Origin: Octopus sinensis
Lineage: Eukaryota
Direction: 5' to 3'
Assembly (NCBI RefSeq): GCF_006345805.1
Contig: NC_043007.1
Coordinates: 46,934,001 to 46,998,000 of the forward strand
DNA: 64,000 nt
Part shown: positions 37,830-49,518 of the stretch, piece by piece
Numbering within the stretch: the stretch's first letter is position 1
How the letters are laid out: each line of letters opens with the position of its first letter
Notes under the pieces: generated by a model
What the model was told of the DNA's origin: nothing
Seen by the model: only the letters and a program-made list of their open reading frames with translations
Database searches by the model: none
Made by a program: the position numbers and the translations under genes

Positions 37830-38409
37830 TTACTTTTCTTGAAGTTTGTTCCATGTTTACTATCAGCTACAACATGAAGTAAAATTATAAACCAGCTGTG
37901 TTCAATTTACAGTTAACTTTTCATATATTTATTTGAAGATAAAATCTCTGAAATAAGAATACTCGTTAGTCAATGAAGAAAATATAAATTAAAGCAACGG
38001 TAAAAATATGTACTACTTCCAATGATAGTCAATATATTTTCTCTTTATGAAATCGCTTTGGAACTCTAGGAATTTTGATCAGTCTTCTTATATCTTTTAT
38101 AATAAAATATTACCATTTCTCAATAATTATTGGAAGTAGAATTTAAAGTGCTTGGCAGACAAAAGAAAAACGAAAAATGTAGTCTTGAAACATCTAAACA
38201 TTTCTATAACTTTCAGTGGTAGAAAAGAAATCATTGCTGTCATAAAGTATAGTAAACATATAAAGTGAAAAGGGAAGTTGTAAGCGAATAAAAAGAAAGT
38301 TACTTTTGATTGAAATCTATTTAAAACAAACCCATTTTTCTAGCTGGGTTATTTCACAGAAGTACACGAAAATATCACTGTATCTCTAACTGATATCATT
38401 GAGGACCCA

Positions 38410-39858
38410 GGAGAAATGCTGAGAAGTACTGCCGAAAACTGAAGACACAAAATGTCGCCCATGAATTACCGACTAATAGCATGTCTAAATACCTCTTACA
38501 AGATTCTCACGTCGAAAATAACTGAAAGAATGCATGTTTTCCTTACACAGAACTCTATCCCCGCACAACCCCCAAAAAGGTTGTAATGGAAATTAATTCT
38601 TATGGATGCAAAAGCCAATTACCCATAGACAGGATGATTTTTAGAAAATTGTAGGGCAAAAACAAGACCCTGAGTAAGGCATGGATGACTACAGGAAAGC
38701 GTTTGATAGAGTCACACATTAATTAATACTCAAAGCCCTTGAGATATACAAGATCTTTGTTGTTTGTTCAAAATAGCGTGGCCAAGTGTAATAAACTCTT
38801 TGTAAACCATAGAAAGGGATAAGCCAGTCGAAAAGTATTAATACCAAATGAGACACCTTTCAAGGCGACTCCCTATTTCCATTCTGTATTGCATAGCAAA
38901 AATCTCACTCACACAGAATTAAATTTACCGGATAAAGAGACAACATTCTTAACAAGACAATAAGCCATCTCTTATACATGCGCTATCTAAAGTTGTTTGC
39001 AAGGAGCGACCAAAAACTAGAAGGAAGGGCTGCCATCAACTGAGAAAGAGATTAGCGAAGATATCGGGATGGATTGTGACCTCGATAAATGTCCAAAGCA
39101 AATTATGTAAGAGGCAAGCTCCAACAAACAGCGTCTATTAGATTAGATATCAACACTTCCATCAAAGAACGAGACTCAGTAGAAACATGTAAACATCTGG
39201 CAATAAATAAAGGTGATGGTGTATGTGATACCACTATGAAGGAAAAATGAAAAAGTAATATTATAGGAGAATACGAATTGTTTTGAAGACTGAGCTTCAC
39301 TCTAAAATTTATTAGTACCTAGGTCCTTCCAGTACAATTTTAACTTCATTAACTGGAATCCTACGGAACTCTAACACAGGAACAGGGAAACAAGAGACTC
39401 ATTGACATATAAGAACATGCAACAACCTACAGCTAATGTTCACTGTCTATACCTACTCAGAAATTGAGGAAAATGAATGATGCAATTATAAATCTGCTAG
39501 TGCACTTCCATTATAGGAGTGTACATGTATTTATCTAGTACGGTGGACTGGATGCTGTGACTTGTGCGCAAACACAAAAGCAAACAGAGTTGCATTCTAT
39601 GGTCAAGGATGCTTGTAAATTCGCAAAGGAAACTGGCGTTAACTCTGAAGTAGGTGAAGGACCTTAAACTTCTGCTACCAAACAAGCAGAACGAATCAAG
39701 CAGAAACAACGTGGGGAGCGGTGGAGTCAGAAACCCATGTTTGGACCATATATTCTTCGAAATCAAGGTGCAGATATAGATCCATCCGACATGGGTAGTT
39801 CAGAACTGAAAGAAGCGACATGAGATTCCATACTTGTGACACAAGATCAAACATTAAG
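38410..39858 (+). mobile_element. Second decayed R4/Dong-like LINE RT fragment
   Basis: NYRLIACLNTSYKILT; DYRKAFDRV; FQGDSL; SHLLYM; DIGM…LDKC; SSELKEAT.DSILVTQDQTL. Confidence 0.75.
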
Positions 39859-39859
39859 T

Positions 39860-40065
39860 AAAAAAGCAAGAAAAATAATCCTGAATCCTTGTCCGGTACC
39901 GAATAGGTCCCAAAATCTGAACATTTCGTGCCAGGTACGTGGACAAACATCCCTGAAAGTTTCATCTGAATCCATACCGTGGTTCTTGAGATATGTTGTC
40001 AAAGGACAAATAAACAAACAATCAAACACGACTGAAAACAATACCTCTGCCTTCGCAAAGGTAGA

Positions 40066-40069
<4 letters not shown>
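39860..40069 (+). mobile_element. Short non-autonomous element ending in a strong hairpin (Helentron-associated-like)
   Basis: Ends GAAAACAAT-ACCTCTGCCTT-CGCA-AAGGTAGAGGT-AA then (TAA)n, with AAAC repeats upstream. Confidence 0.4.
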
Positions 40070-40102
<33 letters not shown>

Positions 40103-40128
40103 TAATAATAATAATAATAATAATAATA
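40068..40128. repeat. (TAA)n microsatellite
   Basis: Directly visible. Confidence 0.95.
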
Positions 40129-40259
40129 ACATTGAAGTTTCTGTATACATTGCACGGGAGCACTACAACTAAAAAACAACTAAAGACAAAAAGCGGCAGA
40201 TATTTCAAGAAGCATGCAAATTTTGAAGGATGTAGTGTCTCGACAGCTAACAATTGAAG

Positions 40260-40690
40260 CGCGTAGTTCATACCAGGCTTCAGCAATTCTGAGCGTGAAG
40301 GTCATGGGTGCTCTGTTGTGTTTTGATTTTCTAAGCATTTCCATGAGTGTTTGTCATATGGAATTCAAAAAGGTGCCCAAAGTCCTTGTTAGAGAGATGC
40401 TTGATAATCTTGTGGGTGTCTACCAAGTCAGTTGCCAGACGTCTGAGATTTAATGTGTCGACGCCCAGGGAAGCAAGCCGTTTAGAGTGTGGTAAATGCC
40501 TGACAGCGGGTTTTAGTTTTGCTGCACGTTTCTGAGCAGTTTCCAGTAGATTGATATCCTGAGAAGGATAGGGATTCCAGACTGGTGATGCAAACTCTAT
40601 GTATGGACGTACCATAGTCATACATGTAAGTGTGGACATACCATAGTCGACCAATAACAACAACAATTCCGTAGCACCTAGTGCTTATTC
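40260..40690 (-). mobile_element. CR1-clade LINE 3' fragment
   Basis: MVRPYIEFASPVWNPY…LETAQKRAAK…RLASLGVDTLNLRRLATDL, typical of the CR1 RT C-terminus. Confidence 0.75.
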
Positions 40691-43199
40691 TATGAGTTTC
40701 AACTAAAATTTGTCCGTCGTAGCAACTTTTAAAAATCACCTGCATGGAAACAACTTTTAAAAATCATCCAACATGGAAACAAGCAAGGCGCTCTAAATAT
40801 TTTTGCTTTAAATATTTACAAGAGAAAATATAACGCCAACCAAAGTAGAAATAATTAGACAAAGTAATGCAACATTTAAAAAAGAAGGAAGGAAAATACA
40901 TTGGAAAACGCTAAAAGCAAGATTCTTGGCATTGCAATATAATTTTGATGAGAACTGTGTCCGGAAAGAAAAGAAATGTTACAAAAAGTGTTAATAATTG
41001 TTTCTAATTGAGATTATTAGGACAGGTTTTCACTGAAAATATTTCGTGATATATCCATAAAAATAACTCATAGTCATTTATTTTCAGTAAATTGGCGTTA
41101 TAGAAATACGATGTTACTTTTAATTGAAGAATTCGCGATACAATTATTCAGTTATAATTATGAATTATTTTCAGCATTACAAAAAAGAAAGGAGGAATAT
41201 GAGCAGATTAGAGCATATGATTTTCATGCTGTTTTCAGAGGAACCTAGAATCATCCATCTAACTATGATTAAATAGGACATGTAATATTCATATTTTGTA
41301 ACATATAAGTCTTATATGACGTTTATTTACTTGAACGTCACAAATTATTGAAAAACAATGTCATTTCGGGTCGTAATTGACGTTAGATTTAGAACTGACG
41401 AATCTATAAACGATCTTCTCGGTATATACTCTCCGTGCTAAACCGAATTTATATTTGTTCTTATTTTGTAAGAAGATCATTTCACCAGCTAAAAATTCTA
41501 GATACACCAATAAAGATATGATTAATTGTGAAATGAATCAATGCTTTTGATTGTTAGATGTATAGATTTCATTAAAGGAGTACTGAAGTATAACATATGA
41601 TACAATAAGTCAATGTATGTATCATATGTACCTTGAAAAAAATCATGAGGAAATAACAGAAATTTGAAAAAAAAAAGATATGTTTTAAGCTAACTAACCT
41701 GTCTTGTAAAACTCGTCTTTCTTTTCCCCTCTACATGCGGAGTTAAAACTACGGTAAACCTGGCGCATTTCTCCGTAAATTAACTGTCCTCATTGCTAGA
41801 CGCTTATTTTTCAAAATTTACTCTATTAGTTAAACTGTTAAAGTTTATTTAATAAAAAGCAATTGTCAAATTCAGGCATAATGATAAAATGCAATGATCA
41901 CTTTTGTAAGGAAACTATACATGAAAGAATGATTTCTTGCTAAATTTTTAAATCAGTAGGTAAAAAATATTATCAATTTCACGCAATGAATGGGAAAGAA
42001 ATTTTTGGTTGCAGACCTGTGATATGAAACGTTGATAAATGGATGTAAGAATATTCGCTATTAGCAACGGAAGCCGTATTAGTTCAGCATAGGCCTCTAT
42101 ACATCTTACTAGCATTAATGGAGATAAAATGTAAGAAAGCCACAATAATGCAAAAGCATCTCGGATAGACGTACAGTGCTAAAACACAGAGAAAGGCAGA
42201 CGAAACCGTCCAACAGTGGTGGTGTAAGTGCTAGATCCGGGATTTCTGTGTATTTGCAAATCCTCGGGTAAAAGTATCCACTACCAACCGCACGCTTACA
42301 CACAGTTTCCTGTTAGTGGCTTTTCTGCATTATATCCACTTTTAAACGGCTATTCTGAACTGTTTCCGTCGCTAATAACAAACTTTTCTGATCATGCGAT
42401 TGATAATTCATGTATCCTACCAATGACTCGAAAATAATCAGAAATTCCAGATCAGGAATTTCTACAGCAGCTCCTGGATATTTTTCGCCTGCTAATCATG
42501 TTCTTTTACACGAGCATACTTGATTCGTTTTCAAAATGAAAACCGCTGATTTATCTGCATTAAGTAAGATATACAGAATACTATTCTGAGCTAATACATC
42601 TTTCGCCGCCCATAACGAAAATGTGCCCAGCTTGCTAGTAATTTGTAAGAGCAGTGATTTCATTAATCATTGTCTTTGGTTTTTTTTTTTTTTCAAATCA
42701 GAGTTAGTGAAATTTTTCTATGTATAGGGATGACAGTGGGTAGTGACCGCTGACGACGTACATATACGCAGAAATCTCGGATCTAGCATTTCCACCAGCG
42801 GTGCTCGATGCTCTTCATCTGTTAATGATACTTCCCTCCTTGTTATCGTTATACTCCTATTAGATATGCTTTCTTGAGATGAGTACATCATTAGTTTGCC
42901 TTTCTTAGAGTATATGCACGATACGTAAAGTATTCTGAATACTTTATGTACGACAGTAGTTCTTCATTCTTGTGTATCTGTGCTATTTTACCCCTATTGA
43001 AGAAATCTTGGCGAATGTGTGAATGCAAGTCCGAGCCTACTCACCAGAATATCCAGTGGAGAGTATAATAACACACCTAGGTTAAATATACTGGATGATG
43101 CATACAAAGTTGAATCCAAAATTATTCACCATTCAATTTGAAGATATATAAAATACAGTAAAATAGCAAAGACCCCTTTCAGTCACGAATGACAAACGG

Positions 43200-43378
43200 T
43201 TTGCACCTAGAAGATTCCCCTCCAAGACACATGTCCAAGTAAAGTTTCTTATGGTAATCCATAAGAATCCATGCATACAACCCTCCCGCTCCACGCCTCT
43301 GATGTTATCCAAGGGAAAGGCAAATGCCGATACACCTTGAAACAAGTAACGTCGCAACTCGTTTCGACAGCTGGGTGA
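43200..43378 (-). mobile_element. SINE fragment (15690 family)
   Basis: CATGCATAC…CTCCACGCC…AAGGGAAAGGCA…ACGTCGCAACTC…ACAGCTG matches 15750-15870. Confidence 0.65.
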
Positions 43379-43922
43379 TTTCTTGAATACCAATGTATGA
43401 ACGCACACACACACACGCACACATATAGATTTAAAATAACAAAGAACGTTTTCTTCCCAATTTAAGTTCAGATATTTTCAACTAACTCATATATTAAACG
43501 CATAAATTTTCTTAACAAAAATCATTCATGATGTCTTCGTCCTCTTTTTTAGTCTATATATATATATATATATATAGATAAGAAAGTTGGTTTGTGAAAG
43601 CACGTGGTTGAATATATAGAAAATAGTAAAAAGTGAAAAACCTACAGAAGGCTTCAAGGTTAAAAAATATATATTTGAGTCTGAAGAATATTAATTTTTT
43701 TTTTCTAACAATGACATAATTTAGAAGAAAGACCGGTTTCGCGTTTAGATTTTCAAATTTCTTACGACGTTATGTTTATGTTGAACAGAGTTATCGTTAT
43801 GTTTATGTTTAAAAGAGTTCTAAATAAGGGGAGGTAATGAGTGATTTCTTCCGGTGTAAGGGAGATAATCGCTTAAATTTCTTTTCCTTTCCCTTGGTGT
43901 GAATTTCTCTGTATCAGTATAA

Positions 43923-44858
43923 GGAAACCCCCTTTCTCAATACATAAAAGAGAATTGGAAACGATTCTTAGACGGTTGTTTCATACTCTGGAATGAAAAC
44001 ACAGATAAACTCCTAAAATTTAAAAACCTATTGAACAGCATAAACCCAAATATACAGTTCACAATGGAATACAACCAAAAGGAGCTCCCGTTCTTGGATA
44101 TACTAATTTAAAAAATTAACCTTAAAATAGAAACAGACATTTTTTACAAAGCCACAGACGCCAAACAATGCCTTCTTTTTAATTCATGCCACCCAAGACA
44201 CACTAAAACAAACATCCCCTTCAACCTTGCAAGAAGGATATGCACAATAGTGTCAGAACAAAATACCAGGAACTTTACACTGCAAGAACTCAAAAACACC
44301 CTCATAAAAACAGCTCAACTCATAGAGGATGGGATCAGACGTGCAACAGAAATCAACATAGAAACTTTAAGAAAAGTTCAACACAACAACACACCTTCCC
44401 CGAAAATACTACTTTACATATCTACATACAACCCCAGAAACAAAGAAGCCTTCACCATCATCACCCAGAATTTACCAATACTTCATAAGGACCCCAAATT
44501 AAAGGAAGTTCTAAACATACACCAAATCATTAAAAGCTACAAACAACCTAAATCACTTAAAAAGATTCTCACAAAGGCAAAATTGTTTTCTGAAATTACG
44601 GATGCAAAAGTAAAAAAATGTGGTAGATCGAACTGTGCAATATGTCCAAACCTGCTAGAAGGATCGGAATTCCTCTTTAAAGAGGGACAGAAATTCAAGA
44701 TCAAATCTAACTTTACTTGTGCCGCTGAAAACATAATTTATGTCATAAAATGCTCGGGCTGCCACCAAGACTACGTGGGATCCACGGGACTATCACTCAG
44801 ACGTAGATGCACACTGCATCGACAACAGATTGCATTCCCGGAATACAGAATGATACCT
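43923..44858 (+). mobile_element. Neptune-type Penelope-like element fragment (RT C-half plus partial GIY-YIG)
   Basis: One frame: WKRFLDGCFILW (catalytic D to G), IQFTME, LPFLD, a stop at 44109-44111, CHPRH, linker KCGRSNCAIC, and EN NIIYVIKCSGCHQDYVGST…RCTLHRQ. Confidence 0.82.
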
Positions 44859-46871
44859 GACTTTCTATCTAATCCTTCGATTAGATTGATATGTCCGACA
44901 AAATCTGATTTGGGCAAAATCAGTAAATTCATTATCGATAGTATTATCCCAACTGTGAGGGATAAGGTCGAACTTCCCTTATGGAAAGGAACTGAGGATG
45001 TAATACTCTGGTTTAACTCTATCAGAGATAAACCTAAGCTCAGCTTTATACAATTCGACATTTCGAATTACTATAGGTCTATAAGCCCTATTTTGCTAAA
45101 CAAAGCCTTAATCTTCGCAAGAAAGTTTGTTGAGATACCTAAGTCGGATTTAGAGGTAATTTTAGCGGCAAGAGAAACACTTGTCTCCTATAATGAGAGT
45201 GAATGGCAAAGAGCCGACTCAGAAAATTTCTTTGATATTACCATGGGGTCATCAGATTCTGCGCAGGTGACTGACTTGGTTGGCCTGTATCTACTCTCGG
45301 AAGTTAGGAAAAGCTTCCCTAACCTTACTGGTGGACTATATAGGGATGATGCCCTCTTTGCCGTGCGGGGCCTCTCTAAGACCGAATTAAACAGATTAAA
45401 GAAGTCGTTGAGAAGCTTTTTGAAAGATTTTTTAAATCTTGATATCATCTACGACAGTAACTCTAGGGTAGTAAACTTCTTGGACGTTACCTTGTGTCTT
45501 AATACCGGTCTATACTATCCCTTTCGTAAGGCTAATAAATCGATAGCATATATCAATGTGTCATCCAATCATCCGAAATCCACAATAGATAGTATCATAA
45601 CTGCGATTTCAACTAGAATATCCAATTTATCTGCGAACGAAGAGATTTTTGAGCAACATGCACCAGTGTATAATAATGCCCTAAGTTTAAGTGGTTTCAA
45701 GTCTAAAATATTCTATATCCTTAATACTAGACTAAAAAACAGGATGGCTGGTTTACCAATTGAGCAAGTTGCAATTACTACAGATAAATACAATAATAAA
45801 TACTGTAATAATAATAGGTTTTTGAATAATAATTATAATAATAATAATACGTCTAGTAATAATAAGAGGCCTTTAAATAATAATATGTTTAGGAATAATA
45901 ATATGTTTAGGGATAACAGCAGTAAGGGTAGGTATAAGGAAATTAAAAATCCTGATAAGAAGTTAAACAAAACAGTAAGCTCACGGCCTAGAATAAGGAA
46001 AGTTATTTGGTTCGCTCCCCCTTTCTCCCTTAGAATAAGGAATTTACCAAAACTATTTTTTAAGATTCTGAAGGAGAACTTCCCAAAGGACCACAAATAT
46101 TATAGCATCTGCAATAAGTCGACAATAAAATTCTCCTATTCTGTAATGCCTAACTTTGCTTCCATCATTGCTTCAATCAATAGAAGCAAGCTTACTAGGT
46201 GGAACGACAGAAAAAGTTCCTTTGAGGATGACCAAGGAAATGTGGTTGATAATCCTGTAAAGCTGAGTACCAAAGCTATAAATGGTCTACCTTTACCGGA
46301 CTCATCGAACCCATGTAATAAGGGTAGTTTAGAGGGAATGAATGAGCGAAACCCGTCTGGAACTGGAGATAAAATAAGTAAGGATACTAATAGGAAAAAA
46401 ATTAGGAAAGGCCACGAAAAGACATGTAACTGTAGGAAACCCAAATTATGTCCTTTGGATGGTTCATGTCTGGTTACCAACGTAATATATAAATGTGTAG
46501 TTAGGGATGTAGATAATCTAAACAAATTTTATATAGGTAGTACGATGGATTTTAAGGCGCGATATAGGTCACACATGAGCTCTTTTACTAACGAAAAATA
46601 CCTTAACTCAACTAAACTGGAATCGCATATACACAACCTCAGAAAGAACAATAAGAATTATTTCCTAGAATGGTCCATCATTTCTAAAATCCCAAACTTT
46701 AAGAGAAATATCAGCAAGTGTAGGCTATGCATAAGGGAATCACTTACCATCCTTAGGTGTTATGGACCGCAGATTCTGAATAAATTTATGGACGTGATCC
46801 CCTTTTGCGTACATAAATTTTCTTCTACATTCCTGAAAATCTACAGGAATAAAATAAATTGTAGTAAGTAA
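44250..46871 (+). CDS. Chimeric open frame: PLE endonuclease (element 1) fused to RT-endonuclease (element 2)
   Basis: 873 stop-free codons; the track start is GTG and the first in-frame ATG is at 44850, at the junction. Expression is not established. Confidence 0.55.
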   Translation: MSEQNTRNFTLQELKNTLIKTAQLIEDGIRRATEINIETLRKVQHNNTPSPKILLYISTYNPRNKEAFTIITQNLPILHKDPKLKEVLNIHQIIKSYKQPKSLKKILTKAKLFSEITDAKVKKCGRSNCAICPNLLEGSEFLFKEGQKFKIKSNFTCAAENIIYVIKCSGCHQDYVGSTGLSLRRRCTLHRQQIAFPEYRMIPDFLSNPSIRLICPTKSDLGKISKFIIDSIIPTVRDKVELPLWKGTEDVILWFNSIRDKPKLSFIQFDISNYYRSISPILLNKALIFARKFVEIPKSDLEVILAARETLVSYNESEWQRADSENFFDITMGSSDSAQVTDLVGLYLLSEVRKSFPNLTGGLYRDDALFAVRGLSKTELNRLKKSLRSFLKDFLNLDIIYDSNSRVVNFLDVTLCLNTGLYYPFRKANKSIAYINVSSNHPKSTIDSIITAISTRISNLSANEEIFEQHAPVYNNALSLSGFKSKIFYILNTRLKNRMAGLPIEQVAITTDKYNNKYCNNNRFLNNNYNNNNTSSNNKRPLNNNMFRNNNMFRDNSSKGRYKEIKNPDKKLNKTVSSRPRIRKVIWFAPPFSLRIRNLPKLFFKILKENFPKDHKYYSICNKSTIKFSYSVMPNFASIIASINRSKLTRWNDRKSSFEDDQGNVVDNPVKLSTKAINGLPLPDSSNPCNKGSLEGMNERNPSGTGDKISKDTNRKKIRKGHEKTCNCRKPKLCPLDGSCLVTNVIYKCVVRDVDNLNKFYIGSTMDFKARYRSHMSSFTNEKYLNSTKLESHIHNLRKNNKNYFLEWSIISKIPNFKRNISKCRLCIRESLTILRCYGPQILNKFMDVIPFCVHKFSSTFLKIYRNKINCSK

Positions 46872-47460
46872 TGGATTTACGAAAAGATAAGTTGTAAAAA
46901 AATAAAAAAATAAAAATAACTAGCTTAGATATTGCAGGATTTGAAACCTCGAAGGCTCAATTTAATTTAATTTAATTTTAACCCAATTAATTCAGTTTAA
47001 TTTAGTTAAGTAAACCCATTCTTTTTGAGTATATAGAAGGTAAATAAATTGAAAAATAAAAGTATTTAAGTTTTGCAGGATTTGAAACCACGGAGACTCT
47101 TTTTAAGTCAATTTGGTTCAATTTTAATTAATTGGAATTAATTTGATTTGAAAATTTTTAATTTTTTTTAATTTTTTTTATTTTTTATTTTATTTTTTTT
47201 TTTTACCGCTTCCTCTACTGCTTTAAAAGTAAAAGGAAAAAAATTCTTCACTGCTTTGTCTTTTGGGCTATCCGTGCATGAATACCAAAGTGGGAAAGCA
47301 AACAACACCGTACGGGCCTGGTGCGTGATGGCTATCTTTGCGTTTATTTATATTTTTCCCCTGACGAAGGAGGTATTATCTGAATGCACCCTAGTGCTTT
47401 AAACATAATACACCCCTGAAATGGCCATAGGGATAAGTAAACATTTCCTTCTTATATATA
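44856..47460 (+). mobile_element. 5'-truncated Penelope-like element of a second clade (Hydra-like by inference) with open RT + GIY-YIG and a 3' hammerhead
   Basis: RLICPTKSDLGKISK, QFDISNYY, TMGSSD, GLYRDD, NFLDVTL, SNHPK, IWFAPPFS, CNCRKPKLCPLDGSC, VIYK…FYIGST; stop at 46869-46871; AT-rich 3' region. Confidence 0.85.
47353..47437 (+). ncRNA. Type I hammerhead ribozyme in the PLE 3' region
   Basis: Stem I TTTTTCCC/GGGATAAG; CTGACGA (47361-47367); long stem II (AGG/CCT, GTATTAT/ATAATAC, inner GCAC-CCTA-GTGC); GAAA (47418-47421); palindromic stem III ATGGCCAT; cleavage after A47429. Confidence 0.8.
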
Positions 47461-48610
47461 AGGCTTATTTTACCTGATTAAAATTTCTAAACGATGAACA
47501 TTATTTTACTTTATTTACACGATATATATATATATATATTATATTTTTTATATGCTCCTATATGTATATATATTTATATATGTTTTTATATATTTTTATA
47601 TGCCTATATTTTTATATACCTATATATTTTTATATATTACTTATATTATATTTTACTTTCTACGTCTTTTATAAATGTATTCTCTTTGAATCGCTAAAAT
47701 ATTACTTCTAAATTTTTAATGATAAGACTTTTTCTCGCACTATACCTTATTATTATTATTACGTGCTGTACATATGAATTCTGTTCCATCTTGCGGGTTA
47801 TATGTTTATTCTATAATTAAATGTTCGAATTATGAAATGACATGCGGTTGACTTTGTATTTGCTTGTTCAATGATTTTAGTTTGATATTTTTGTCTCTTC
47901 CAATAGAGCACTTCTATTGCAGTCCTATTAAACCATTTTTTGTTCCTGACAAGAAACAATTATTGTATCGATATATATATATATATATTTATGAGTTTAT
48001 CTTAATCCTTTTGATGCGACTCTATACTGTCTTTCTCGCCATCGTTTTTCCCTCATCCTTTCTCTGATTTCGTTTTCTCTCCCCTTCTCCGCTTTCAATC
48101 TCTCTCTCTCTCTTTCTCCATCTTTTTCCTGTTGCCTCTCTCGTTGCTCACACGTGACCATCGTCTTTCTTTTCCTCACGTGATCATCTTTCTTTTCTTT
48201 CAGGACGGGATATATCCCTCTCTTCTATCTTTTCTCTTGTCAGAGAAAATATTTCTATCTTTTCTCTTGCCAGAGAAAATATTTCTCCAGCGTTCAGTAT
48301 TTTACACGCGTTCTGGTCTAACGATCCTCCATATTAGTTTTCATTCGGTTTCCTTCTATGGTTCCAATGTCCTGTTTTCTTTCCAACTTTGATATTCCAT
48401 AAGTCCCACATTTTAAGAACAATTCTTAGTGGTTGAGACCATAGCGGATCTTTTTCTAGCGTAAAATTTTCCACGTCGTGGTTCCCTCTTATATCTATGT
48501 ATAAAATATTATTTACTGAATCTCAGTTCTTTATATGGTAGACCACTGGTGTTAAATTGATGTTATAAAATTAATATCCAATATTTCACCCTCATTTTGA
48601 TTTTAATTTT

Positions 48611-48645
<35 letters not shown>

Positions 48646-49053
48646 AAGAATGACAGATATGAACAGGAAAATAAGACATTTAATAAGAAAAGATTCGTTC
48701 TGTAGACTGAACATCTATATAAACGTGTTTTGAGGAAAATCGGAAAATCGTATATAGCAAAAGAAACAGATAAACAAGGGCAGTAACTGAAATTGGCACA
48801 ACAATATCCGTATGGAATGAATGCCTTGAAAATAGGTGTTATTAAGTCAATACATGCAAATCTTGTCAATCTTAGAAAAAATATACAAATCTTAAGCACA
48901 ATGTCCACTTTGCATTTGATTTTAAAGCAAAAGCGATTATTTACGAAATCATATAATGTGTGTCATATGCGTGAAACCTGCTGATCCAATATTTATTATC
49001 CTCTTCAAAAAGAGGTGTGCGAATATTACTAATACACACACACACAGAGGCAC

Positions 49054-49064
49054 ATAAATATATA

Positions 49065-49126
<62 letters not shown>

Positions 49127-49135
49127 TAGATAGAG

Positions 49136-49199
<64 letters not shown>
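49054..49199. repeat. Compound (TA)n-(GA)n-(GATA)n microsatellite
   Basis: Directly visible. Confidence 0.95.
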
Positions 49200-49402
49200 G
49201 TTAGAATAGACGTTAGATTGTCTAACTACATACACTATTTTTCGCAATAAATACACAGCGTGTTGAAACGAGAAAAGCAAGCTAACAAATTGTTTTGAAT
49301 TCCATATTGGCGTAGAACTTTTCTCTTTTGCCTTAAACTATAATTGTAATTTTCACCTTAAAATGCATTTTAATATGCTGGCGAATCTTTAATTAGAAGT
49401 AT

Positions 49403-49455
<53 letters not shown>

Positions 49456-49461
49456 AGTATG

Positions 49462-49518
<57 letters not shown>

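Noticed and set aside
43681-43860. Hammerhead-like pieces: GCGAAACCGGTC on the minus strand and CTGAAGA…GAAAGACCGGTTTC on the plus strand
   Set aside because: The minus reading has no upstream CUGANGA; the plus reading has no contiguous stem II or good stem I. Probably a decayed pLTR.
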